Of a stretch of DNA of 64,000 nucleotides, positions 22,571 through 32,362 are shown piece by piece (the stretch's first letter is position 1; each line of letters opens with the position of its first letter). Source of the stretch: Treponemataceae bacterium (GTDB lineage: Bacteria > Spirochaetota > Spirochaetia > Treponematales > Rectinemataceae); assembly GCA_963667725.2 (NCBI GenBank), contig CAXXHO010000001.1:1-64000 (forward strand). Direction: 5' to 3'. The notes beneath the pieces were generated by a model. The model was not told the origin of the DNA, made no database searches, and saw nothing but the letters and a program-made list of their open reading frames with translations. Both the position numbers and the translations under genes were made by a program.

Positions 22571-22726
22571 CTTATCCTCTGCGCGAAGCGTCAACCTAAC
22601 ATTGGCTTAACCCTTAACGCCTGCTCCTGAGCGTAGCGAAGGATTGGCGTGGTTTTTGCATTGTTGTTCTGCAAAAACCATGACAAAAGGCGTTATAGGG
22701 TTGAAGCAGTTGTTAGAGTGTTCTTT

Positions 22727-24035
22727 TGTACACATCAGGGACATCGTTTACAAAACCTCAAGGACATCGTTTACACATTAAACTATGCTTTTCCTAGGGG
22801 GAAAGCATATGCCTTGGAGGAATACAACGATTATGGACGAGAAATACTTCTTCATCAATGAGTACCTGGCTCACAGACATACAATAACAGAACTCTGTAA
22901 GCAGTTTGGAATATCCCGAACCCTGGGGTACAAATACATTGAACGCTTTAACCACATGGGTTTTACCGGGCTTAATGAGCTTTCAAGAAAGCCTAAATCA
23001 TGCCCTACTAAAACACCCGTAAGAATTGCCAAGAACATAATTTCAATACGAAACAAGCATCCTCGATACGGTGCTGATAAAATCAAAACCATACTCGAAA
23101 GGGATATGCCAGATATGCAGTGGCCATCTCAAACGACAATTCATACAATCTTAAAAATCGAAGGGCTAATACCCGAGAGGAAAACCAACCGCCATATCTA
23201 TCCCTGTAATCCAAAGTTTGACCCCAAAGAAATAAACGATATGTGGGGCATTGATTACAAGGGAAAAATGCGATTGATTAATGCAGTATATTCATATCCC
23301 CTTACTATTACCGATTCATTTTCCCGTTTTATTTTGGCTGCTGATGCTCTTGCAAGTCCCACTACAGAAGCTACAAAAGCAGTATTTATAAGGGTTTTCG
23401 AGGACTTTGGCTTGCCGAATTATATTCACAGCGATAATGGAGTGCCTTTTGCAGGATCAACATCATTGGCTCGCTTATCAAGTCTCTCTGTATGGTTCAT
23501 TGAACTTGGTATTATGCCTGTGTACTCGGATCCTGCTAAGCCCGGTCAAAATGGCAGACATGAACGAATGCATAAAGAATTAAAAGCAGAAACGGCAAGT
23601 CCATTACCAAGATCTCATAATGAGTTACAGAAACGCTTAAATGCTTTTATTAAAGAGTACAATGAATACCGTCCTCATCAAGCGCTTAATAATAACACAC
23701 CAGCAAGCATCTATAAACGATCAGAACGTGTATATCCTCAAAGTATTGAACCGTGGGATTATCCTGGAGCGTTCGAAGTTAAAAGAGTTCTGAAGAATGG
23801 TGCTATACGCTGGGGTAATCATAACTGGATAATGGTTGCTACACCGCTTATTGGCAAAGACATTGGTCTCGAAGAAATCAGCGATGGCCTTTTTCGCGTC
23901 TATTTTAGGTTCAAGCTCCTTGGATATCTTGACGCCAGAAAACTAAGAATACAAGATATACAAGGACGCTTGAAGCGACAATAAAAGTGTAAACGATGTC
24001 CTTGTAGTTTTGTAAACTATGTCCTAGTTAGTACA
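22727..24035 (+). mobile_element. IS481-family IS, copy 3 (target duplication CTTT)
   Basis: Same length and protein as the other copies; CTTT duplicated. Confidence 0.93.
22809..23984 (+). CDS. IS481-family transposase
   Basis: Identical translation to 4464-5639. Confidence 0.93.
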   Translation: MPWRNTTIMDEKYFFINEYLAHRHTITELCKQFGISRTLGYKYIERFNHMGFTGLNELSRKPKSCPTKTPVRIAKNIISIRNKHPRYGADKIKTILERDMPDMQWPSQTTIHTILKIEGLIPERKTNRHIYPCNPKFDPKEINDMWGIDYKGKMRLINAVYSYPLTITDSFSRFILAADALASPTTEATKAVFIRVFEDFGLPNYIHSDNGVPFAGSTSLARLSSLSVWFIELGIMPVYSDPAKPGQNGRHERMHKELKAETASPLPRSHNELQKRLNAFIKEYNEYRPHQALNNNTPASIYKRSERVYPQSIEPWDYPGAFEVKRVLKNGAIRWGNHNWIMVATPLIGKDIGLEEISDGLFRVYFRFKLLGYLDARKLRIQDIQGRLKRQ

Positions 24036-24776
24036 CTTTTTTATAAGAACATTTTGTAACTCAATGATTTTAAAATCAAGAATTTTAAGTGCTACTTTGC
24101 TAATATGAATGCAACTATAATCTCTTTCCAATAATATTTTAAGATACTTGCCTTTATTTTCAAGTTTCGAATAAAATACTGCCCAGGATAGATTTTGTGT
24201 ACTTATCTTTTTATCATTAAAGTAGCTTAAGAAATTATTTTCACTTAATGCTAAACCTAATGTTTCACTAAATCTTTTATAATTAATCGCTTTACTTTTA
24301 ATTTTTGATTCTGCCCATTTTTGTAAATCAGCATTTTCATCTGGATATCTAAGAACCCTGTTCAGTACTAATTCATTTTTATCAGAATTATCTATAAGCC
24401 ATTGAATCTGATCTTTAGATAGTATCAAATCTTTAATATATTTTGATACCCTCCATACTTCATTTGTTTCTTTAAGAACATACTTTTGATAGACACAAAA
24501 AAGAAGATTTATTATTTTTATATCTCTAATCTTTTCGGTTGAATTATTAATAATTTTATATAAGATTTTCTTTGCTAAGTCTTTTTTATTTCTACTTTTT
24601 GAAAGTATATAATTACATACTATTTCTATTAGCTTATCTCTATTAACTACATCATAGCTTATTAATGATAAAAGTAGATAGTTATCAAACAGGTCATCTA
24701 TTGTTTTTATGTATTTTGGGAGATATTTGCTTGAATTTGCCTGAAGTAATAAGCTTTCAATTTCAGTGACTTTCAT
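24024..24776 (-). CDS. Hypothetical protein; last codons supplied by the IS end
   Basis: ORF ends CTN* inside the IS right IR. Confidence 0.7.
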   Translation of the reverse strand: MKVTEIESLLLQANSSKYLPKYIKTIDDLFDNYLLLSLISYDVVNRDKLIEIVCNYILSKSRNKKDLAKKILYKIINNSTEKIRDIKIINLLFCVYQKYVLKETNEVWRVSKYIKDLILSKDQIQWLIDNSDKNELVLNRVLRYPDENADLQKWAESKIKSKAINYKRFSETLGLALSENNFLSYFNDKKISTQNLSWAVFYSKLENKGKYLKILLERDYSCIHISKVALKILDFKIIELQNVLIKKCTN

Positions 24777-24929
24777 ATATTAAATCTTCCTTAAATCACT
24801 CTAACATTGGCTTAACCCTTAACGCGTACATTGGCGCGGTTTGTGCTTGCGAGCGAAGCGAGTTGCACAAACCGTGACAATAGCGTTATAGGGTTGAAGC
24901 AGGTGTTAGATTTCTTTTCCTATAATTGC

Positions 24930-25421
24930 TTACAAAATCTTCTCATACGCTACAAAGTCTGTTTCGTAGGCATGAACTAGACCTAAGTCTTTATACCCCA
25001 TTCTTCTATAAAGCCTGTTTGCAGCCTTGTTTGCATCGGCAGCCAAATGATGTGTTGCTTTATATCCTTTCTCTTTTGCTACAATACTAATACTCTTCAT
25101 CATCTGTTCTCCTATACCTTTGCCCTGATATTCAGGAGCGACACACAATCTTACAAGAAAACATGAACTCACTCTTTCCCAACCAAGATCTTTTATTTCT
25201 TCTGGTTCATCTTCAACAATGGATATTGAAGCTATTACTTTGCCCTGATCTTCAAGTACGTATAAACCTTTATTCTTAATGTCTTCTGCTATTATATCTA
25301 TATTTGGATAGTCTTCATCCCAATCTGAAGTACCATCAATCTTCCCCTTAACCTTTACAGCATCGAACATGCTATTGATGTAATTGATTTCTTCTGTTGA
25401 TGCTAATCTAAAACGCTGCAC
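24930..25421 (-). CDS. GNAT acetyltransferase
   Basis: Paralog of 12989-13480. Confidence 0.9.
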   Translation of the reverse strand: MQRFRLASTEEINYINSMFDAVKVKGKIDGTSDWDEDYPNIDIIAEDIKNKGLYVLEDQGKVIASISIVEDEPEEIKDLGWERVSSCFLVRLCVAPEYQGKGIGEQMMKSISIVAKEKGYKATHHLAADANKAANRLYRRMGYKDLGLVHAYETDFVAYEKIL

Positions 25422-25588
25422 AATTAATCCTTATATTGCCGTAATACTCGAGCATAACTCTTATTTCCTGCCCGGAGGGTCAATCTAACATTAGCTTAAC
25501 CCTTAACGCGTACATTGGCGCGGTTTGTGCTTGCGAGCGAAGCGAGTTGCACAAACCGTGACAATAGCGTTATAGGGTTGAAGCAGTT

Positions 25589-26150
25589 GTTAGGTCAATT
25601 TTCGTTTTTTGCCTTAACACCTTTGCAGCTATCAAGATACATGCCATGGCAAAAGCAATACTTACGCTAAAGGCTCTGTCTTTCATCGTGCATAGAACAT
25701 ATTTCTTCAGACATAGGCTTCTATTATCTTGATCTTCAATCTTTACCTATTTCTCTTTTCCACTGCTTCAATCTTTCTTAAACAATATTTACCTTTATTT
25801 TCTTCGTTTTTTGAAGCAAGAAATATTCTCTTCTCCGTATACTTTGTATAATGAAGAATACAAGAACAGATCGCAATCGTAAGCAAGCTTACATTTTATC
25901 TGTTCTTGTATTCTTCAATAGTACATTGTGTATGGTTTGCCCATTTTTCTTGGATCAATGCTTTAAGAAAATATTCCCAAATTGTTCTTTCTGTAGAATT
26001 TAGACAGGATACTATTCAGGATAATTGAAAGCCATACAAAGTTTGCCGTTGAAATAAGCACTATGAAAGCTGCTATCAAGCACGGGATTATGATCTTCCA
26101 TGCCAATCACACGTTGCCGTAGTGCACCGCGTCAGCGGCGTCGACCTAAC
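25589..26150 (-). repeat. 562-bp cassette without a long ORF, position 11
   Basis: Copy of 8678-9239, but attached to a different attC type. Confidence 0.9.
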
Positions 26151-26295
26151 ATTAGCTTAACCTTTAAATCCGCGCCTGAGCTACTGCGAAGGCTTGGCAT
26201 GGTTCTTGCATAAAGGAGCGCCGCCACGAAGTGGCGAAGCGACGTGCAAGAACCATGACAAAGGATTTATAAGGTTGAAGCGTTTGTTAGCTGTA

Positions 26296-27333
26296 TTATT
26301 CTTGAATATTAATTACAGTTACCATTCTGTTTAACAAATCACCATTTTTACCATTTCCTAATACAATTTGTTGATCAACATCGTATTCTGTCATATTAGG
26401 AAATAATTCAACAACATCTTTTGGTATCTCATAATTTGCGTAAGGATTAAGAAATATACCTAAACCATCTTCAAGTTCTTCTTGATACTCAGCTTTAGAA
26501 CAACTTTTAATAATTGGCTTAAGTCCGTACTTATTATACTTTGCATAAGAAAATATCATATCTCTATCATCATTATCTTTAATCATTGCTCGAACTTTCC
26601 CCATTGTTGCAACATTGGAAAATATTACTGCGCTGATTTCTGGCATCATATTTTCGCTAAAAAATCCTAAAGGAATGTCAGCGCCATTATCTTTTGTTAT
26701 ACTGCTTATGTATTCTTGTCCTAAATATATTCTTCTATTTTCACTTTCAATATCTTCATAGATTGTTCTTTTATAGCCATAAAGAACTTGTCCTATTGCC
26801 CTTTGGGTTTGTTCCCAGAAAAACGGTTGTTCAAAGGGAGCAACAGCAATGATAAATGGCTTCCTTTTAACTTGTGGACTATTACTATAATGCTCTTTAA
26901 ATTTTCTATACTTGCTAATTAAAGCATTTGCTAATCTAATTGTTGCAATTCTTACAACTTCTTCAATATCTACCTTTCCATCAAGAAATTTCTTATAATC
27001 TCTTTCCCATTCTGCTTTTTCATCTATTGCATTACTTGCAGTTACTGCTTCTATACAAATTTCATATGGCTTTTGAATAATAAAATCAGGATATTGATGG
27101 TCAAAGCTAATTGTAAATGACCATTTTTTCATTACATTGTATAGATACAATTCCCAAAATGTGGAATTGAAAGTTGTCTGGAATTCAATTCGTAGCTTTC
27201 CATCTCTATCAATAAACCCTTCGGTCCAACTAGATATATATTTTCTAGCTATATCACTTTTTTCTTCCAAGATATTTATAAAGTTTTTATGCATCTTTTC
27301 TTTAGGAACACATACTTCAAACAAGTCAATCAT
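26296..27333 (-). CDS. Hypothetical protein with a PD-(D/E)xK-like motif
   Basis: EFQTTFNSTFWELYL...PDFII...IEAVTA. Confidence 0.7.
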   Translation of the reverse strand: MIDLFEVCVPKEKMHKNFINILEEKSDIARKYISSWTEGFIDRDGKLRIEFQTTFNSTFWELYLYNVMKKWSFTISFDHQYPDFIIQKPYEICIEAVTASNAIDEKAEWERDYKKFLDGKVDIEEVVRIATIRLANALISKYRKFKEHYSNSPQVKRKPFIIAVAPFEQPFFWEQTQRAIGQVLYGYKRTIYEDIESENRRIYLGQEYISSITKDNGADIPLGFFSENMMPEISAVIFSNVATMGKVRAMIKDNDDRDMIFSYAKYNKYGLKPIIKSCSKAEYQEELEDGLGIFLNPYANYEIPKDVVELFPNMTEYDVDQQIVLGNGKNGDLLNRMVTVINIQE

Positions 27334-27590
27334 AATAGCATTTCCTCTGCCCGAAGGGTCCAGCTAACATTGGCTTAACCCTTAACGCGTACATTGGCGC
27401 GGTTTGTGCTTTGCGAACGCAGTGAGCTGCACAAACCGTGACAATAGCGTTATAGGGTTGAAGCAGGTGTTAGGCGTTTTTTCTTCCATACTTAACTCAA
27501 AAGTATATAAAATTCTTATTATTAATGACATTACTTTATATCCAATAACACAAATGTATCATAAGTTAATAATATTAATTAAGAATTATT

Positions 27591-27914
27591 TCAATAAAAC
27601 TCGATGTTAGTTTTCTCTAGATAATCAACCACTTTCCCTGTGTGCAACGCATAATCGATTTCACTTCTCGTTGAAGTGCCGATATATCCTCCAACGTTTA
27701 TTACGAATATTCCGTCTGACATATCTATCTTTCGCTTGTGCATATCATCAAGCATAATTTTTTGTTCTTTATTAATAACTTCATTATCATTATCAAAAAA
27801 ATCAACAGACAAAACAATTTTCCCTTCTAGCGTCAAACGTTTCTGTTGTTCTATAAAATGCTTACCAAACTTCATACTTCCACAAAGTGTTATTACCGCA
27901 TATTTACCAATCAT
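27591..27914 (-). CDS. Nucleoside 2-deoxyribosyltransferase/DUF4406-like small protein
   Basis: ITLCGSMKF...HKRKIDMSD...GGYIGTSTRSEIDYA. Confidence 0.65.
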   Translation of the reverse strand: MIGKYAVITLCGSMKFGKHFIEQQKRLTLEGKIVLSVDFFDNDNEVINKEQKIMLDDMHKRKIDMSDGIFVINVGGYIGTSTRSEIDYALHTGKVVDYLEKTNIEFY

Positions 27915-28521
27915 GTTTCCTTCTTACGTATGCTATTTTCAATCTTGCTATAGACCATTTTTTTCTCAATTTGATGCTTTTCAAGCTGATTTTAACACTC
28001 TAGCTTTCAAAATAATTCCAAAATTATCGACTTACTAAGTATATTTTTCTCTTCCTCAAGATTGTTCAGCTAATTTCAATCTTTACATTTTTCCTCGAAT
28101 TTTGCATACGACAATTTCAGAATGAAAAATACTAATTGCGCCCGCAGGGTCCGCCTAACATTAGCTTAACCCTTAACGCGTACATTGGCGCGGTTTGTGC
28201 TTGCGAGCGAAGCGAGTTGCACAAACCGTGACAATAGCGTTATAGGGTTGAAGCAGGTGTTAGGCGTTTCCCTTTATCCTAAATATGCTCTTTATATTTT
28301 TATCGGTATTTACTGTTTTAATTACATAGGCCTTCGATTAATTGCAACAACACTTACAAGCTATACAAATATTACTATACATAGCAGCACGCGCAGTGTA
28401 TCTTTTTAGCATCCATCTTGACCTATGCCGATCGAAGGACGGCGCCATGATCTAAACGGGCTTTAGGCTCTTCTGCAATCAAACTCACTAAGTGCTTGCA
28501 GGTGAGTACTACATCAACACA

Positions 28522-28884
28522 TTAGGGTGAGTAACTTATTTTAAAACCATATAAAAAGATTACCTGAAATTCTATATCTCTCTTAGAGGAAAGCACAACA
28601 GAAATTTCTTTTTCAGTGAGCCAGTTTACATCAATGATATTATCATATTTTGCAGTATAAAATGGTACTGTATTTCTCTTCAGTTTTAAATCAGTTCGTA
28701 ATAGATATAGTTTCACAATCTGGCTAGTTGCAGTTCCAGCCCCTGTAGAAACCTTTATAATCTTAAACATACCAGATGGAGAGAACTGTGTATCAATAAT
28801 ACTAGTCTCAACAACAGAACATCCACTAGTGATAATCAAGAATAGCATAAGTATTCTAATAACCACTTTATTTATGTTTTGCAT
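28522..28884 (-). CDS. Lipoprotein, DUF5412-like; candidate immunity protein
   Basis: TSGC lipobox, SPSG...GAGTATS, W at DVNWL; follows a toxin remnant. Confidence 0.6.
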   Translation of the reverse strand: MQNINKVVIRILMLFLIITSGCSVVETSIIDTQFSPSGMFKIIKVSTGAGTATSQIVKLYLLRTDLKLKRNTVPFYTAKYDNIIDVNWLTEKEISVVLSSKRDIEFQVIFLYGFKISYSP

Positions 28885-29049
28885 ATTAATTCCTTGTATT
28901 ATCCAATATGCATCTTAGGGGTCATTACCATAGGATAGATTTTTACTTAATGGTCCTCAATAAAAACTTTCACGTGTTGGATCTGCATCTACACTGGCCT
29001 AACCAGTTCCACGTAATAGAACCTATACTAGTATACAAAGAGTTGTATC
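28885..29049 (-). pseudogene. Decayed C-terminal fragment of a polymorphic toxin (Ntox44-like)
   Basis: Translates TLCILV*VLLRGTG*A...*GP...SYGNDP*DAYWIIQGIN. Confidence 0.6.
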
Positions 29050-29249
29050 TTTTATTAATTACAAGTTTAATACTTCTATAAAAAGCTTTATTAATATAAC
29101 TATAATCGTTTAATAATTATAGCGCGATAGCGCCCGCCTAACATTGGCTTAACCGGTAATTCCGCGCCCAAAGGGCTTGGCGCGCAGTTTGCTAACGAGC
29201 GCAGCGAGCGCAAACTGCGTGACAAAGGAATTATCCGGTTGAAGCAGTT

Positions 29250-29811
29250 GTTAGGTCAAACTTCGTTTTTTGCCTTAACACCTTTGCAGCTATCAAGATA
29301 CATGCCCTGGTAAAAGCAATACTTACGCTAAAGGCTCTGTCTTTCATCGTGCATAGAACATATTTCTTCAGACATAGGCTTCTATTATCTTGATCTTCAA
29401 TCTTTACCTATTTCTCTTTTCCACTGCTTCAATCTTTCTTAAACAATATTTACCTTTATTTTCTTCGTTTTTTGAAGCAAGAAATATTCTCTTCTCCGTA
29501 TACTTTGTATAATGAAGAATACAAGAACAGATCGCAATCGTAAGCAAGCTTACATTTTATCTGTTCTTGTATTCTTCAATAGTACATTGTGTATGGTTTG
29601 CCCATTTTTCTTGGATCAATGCTTTAAGAAAATATTCCCAAATTGTTCTTTATAAAGAATTTAGACAGGATACTATTCAGGATAATTGAAAGCCATACTA
29701 AGTTTGCCGTTGAAATAAGCACCATGAAAGCTGCTATCAAGCACGGGATTATGATCTTTTCTGCCAATCACACGTTGCCGTAGTGCGCCGCGCCAGCGGC
29801 GTCAACCTAAC
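29250..29811 (-). repeat. 562-bp cassette without a long ORF, position 7
   Basis: Copy of 8678-9239. Confidence 0.9.
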
Positions 29812-29925
29812 ATTAGCTTAACCCTTAACGCGTACATTGGCGCGGTTTGTGCTTGCGAGCGAAGCGAGTTGCACAAACCGTGACAATAGCGTTATAGGGT
29901 TGAAGCAGGTGTTAGCTTTCTTCTC

Positions 29926-30303
29926 CTATGGCTCAAACCTTTTGATCTCTATATTTGGTATATATTTATAATGCTTATCATTCGCAGTTAATAACGTCTC
30001 TCCCATCTGTACAATTGTAGCTGCTATCAATGCATCCCCAAGCATCATCGAATGACTCAATGAATACTCTTGTATATAGAATATGGCCCTTGATGAAATC
30101 TCGCGATCTATCTGTACTATTTCGGTTTCCCACCGCTGCATCTGTTTCTGAAATATTCGATACTCTTCTTTATTCTTCATCCCCTGCAATAGTTCCATAT
30201 ACGTAACAGCAGACATTTTAAAAGGAACAGAACTCTCGACTACTTTTTTAGCTTTTTCATTGCCACGTAAGTACCATATTAGGACATCAGTATCGATAAT
30301 CAA
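29926..30303 (-). CDS. vapC: VapC PIN-domain toxin
   Basis: IIDTDVLI...ELLQG...DALIAAT...LLTANDKHY. Confidence 0.92.
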   Translation of the reverse strand: MIIDTDVLIWYLRGNEKAKKVVESSVPFKMSAVTYMELLQGMKNKEEYRIFQKQMQRWETEIVQIDREISSRAIFYIQEYSLSHSMMLGDALIAATIVQMGETLLTANDKHYKYIPNIEIKRFEP

Positions 30304-30539
30304 AATGTCCTCCCTTTTCTTAACCCCCGTACAACATCTTCGACACTTTTATCTTCTTTATGTTCTTTCCACATTCCAAAGATACTTTCTTCGTTTTCTA
30401 CCATCTTTCGTCTCTTTTCCAAAGGTACAATCTTAGCTAATTCTTTCCCACGGAATGTAATAGTTACCTCTTGCCCGCCAACAACATGATCAATGATCTT
30501 ACCGGGTTGTATCCTTAACTCTTTAGTAGTCACTTTCAT
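30300..30539 (-). CDS. Phd/YefM family antitoxin
   Basis: VTTKELR...GQEVTITFRGKELAKIVP; ATGA overlap with vapC; operator-like palindrome TGTAGTGTA...TACACTACA at 30551-30580. Confidence 0.9.
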   Translation of the reverse strand: MKVTTKELRIQPGKIIDHVVGGQEVTITFRGKELAKIVPLEKRRKMVENEESIFGMWKEHKEDKSVEDVVRGLRKGRTF

Positions 30540-30736
30540 AATCAGCTCCTTGTAGTGTACACTCTACAGTATACACTACAAACCTATACAATGCAAGGTT
30601 ACTACTTTTCTTCCTGCGCGGGAGCGTCAAGCTAACATTGGCTTAACCCTTAACGCGTACATTGGCGCGGTTTGTGCTTGCGAGCGAAGCGAGTTGCACA
30701 AACCGTGACAATAGCGTTATAGGGTTGAAGCATGTG

Positions 30737-31393
30737 TTAGGTTTCTTCTTGCTTAACAATGGAATAATATTTTTCTAGTTTAACTTTTTGCATATTGTAT
30801 AAATTATTCATATACTTCACACTAAGCCATCCAAATATTATAACAGTAATTAATTCCATATAATATATGATATTTATTGAAGGCATGTTGATGTTTTTTA
30901 TTATATTCACAATCCCTAATACTATATTTACTATAAATAATGTATCATATAGTATCACAAAGATTACTAAATAAACATTTCTTTTCGGATTTACTTCGCT
31001 TGAATACTCTTTTAGCAAATCACCTAGAAATCTATATGGGTAAATCAAATTAGCTATAGGGGTTATCAGCGAAATAATAAAAAACTCAGGATAATATTGT
31101 GTCTTTACTAATAATGTTTTTTCTAAGTGATAATATGATAGATATATATATCGTAATCCATCTCTAATCATGAAAGCTGATGTAATAATTATCGTAAATA
31201 TTCCAATTAATAAGAAGACAGAATCACGAATACTATTGGCATCATGTATTTGATTAATGTTATCTGTAGCATTTCCAATAATTGATAAAATAGTTATTAA
31301 TGCTGATATACCAACAAGTAGTAAATAAGCATAATTTATTCTTTTTCGTATACGCCTTAACACTTCAAGTAGAATTATCATGTATTTCTCCAT
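30737..31393 (-). CDS. Membrane protein, DUF4328-like
   Basis: Four hydrophobic segments, PIANLIYPY motif. Confidence 0.6.
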   Translation of the reverse strand: MEKYMIILLEVLRRIRKRINYAYLLLVGISALITILSIIGNATDNINQIHDANSIRDSVFLLIGIFTIIITSAFMIRDGLRYIYLSYYHLEKTLLVKTQYYPEFFIISLITPIANLIYPYRFLGDLLKEYSSEVNPKRNVYLVIFVILYDTLFIVNIVLGIVNIIKNINMPSINIIYYMELITVIIFGWLSVKYMNNLYNMQKVKLEKYYSIVKQEET

Positions 31394-31714
31394 TTTTTAC
31401 TGATTACTATTATAAGAGCAGCTTCGCATTACCAGAAAACTATAATAAAACCTATCTTATTTGCGCCGAAGGCGTCAACCTAACATTAGCTTAACCCTTA
31501 ACGCGTACATTGGCGCGGTTTGTGCTTACGAGCGAAGCGAGTTGCACAAACCGTGACAATAGCGTTATAGGGTTGAAGCAGGTGTTAGGCAATTTTTTCA
31601 TTTATCAGCATTTACCCTATTTCCATACATATGGCATATTACACACTATCATAAAGCATTATTTATTTTTAATATAATATATTTCGTTATACTAAAACTT
31701 TTTAAAACAATACA

Positions 31715-32161
31715 TTAGGACTTCATAAGAACTAGATTCTTAATCCCATTAATATCGAATTCTTCTCTATACTTTTCTTCAGCTATTTCATGCTTTACTT
31801 CCAACTCTTCTTCAGGCATCTTCCTATACTCTTTTTCTCCAATCTCTTGAATAATGTCTCTTTGGCCTAACCTAAAAAGAAGTTCTTGCCAAAATGTTTC
31901 TTCAACAAAGTCATCAAAATCATCTCCAAATGCCTTTTCTGCAGCTTCTGTTAACTCATACTCATTTGTTGATTGATTGAATTCAATACCTCTAAAAGCC
32001 TTTGCCATCTTTGTAGAAAGTAATACTTTCTGAACAAGGCTATTTATAACTTTATCTTCAGCATCATCCTTGGGGACAACAATAAAAGTACCTGAGTACA
32101 ACAACTTAAGGAAAAGCCCAACCTCTTCTTTAGCGAAAGTAATGCTAATATCGTTTGCCAT
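31715..32161 (-). CDS. Hypothetical protein (paralog of 21180-21626)
   Basis: Near-identical duplicate. Confidence 0.8.
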   Translation of the reverse strand: MANDISITFAKEEVGLFLKLLYSGTFIVVPKDDAEDKVINSLVQKVLLSTKMAKAFRGIEFNQSTNEYELTEAAEKAFGDDFDDFVEETFWQELLFRLGQRDIIQEIGEKEYRKMPEEELEVKHEIAEEKYREEFDINGIKNLVLMKS

Positions 32162-32362
32162 TTCAATACTCCATTTGCAGTAATTATGATTGCGCGCGCG
32201 AAGCGCGTCTGCCTAACATTGGCTTAACCCTTAACGCGTACATTGGCGCGGTTTGTGCTTGCGCGCGATGCGAGCTGCACAAACCGTGACAATAGCGTTA
32301 TAGGGTTGAAGCAGGTGTTGGGCGTATTTTCTGATAAAAACATATAACTTATTTCACTTTGC

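Noticed and set aside
4382..24035. The three IS copies as cassette duplications or a composite transposon
   Set aside because: Each copy has its own 4-bp duplication on both sides and sits in a different cassette.
1058..28409. Short ORFs starting in or spanning attC (e.g. 1058-1324, 2716-2907, 4304-4516, 9275-9508, 13574-13813, 27404-27610, 28185-28409, 14329-14511, 17373-17624)
   Set aside because: Their shared 'peptides' are translations of the attC repeat, mostly antisense to real genes.
1805..29049. In-frame stops as evidence of an alternative genetic code
   Set aside because: Stops are of all three types and confined to two loci; other genes end normally with TAA, TAG or TGA.
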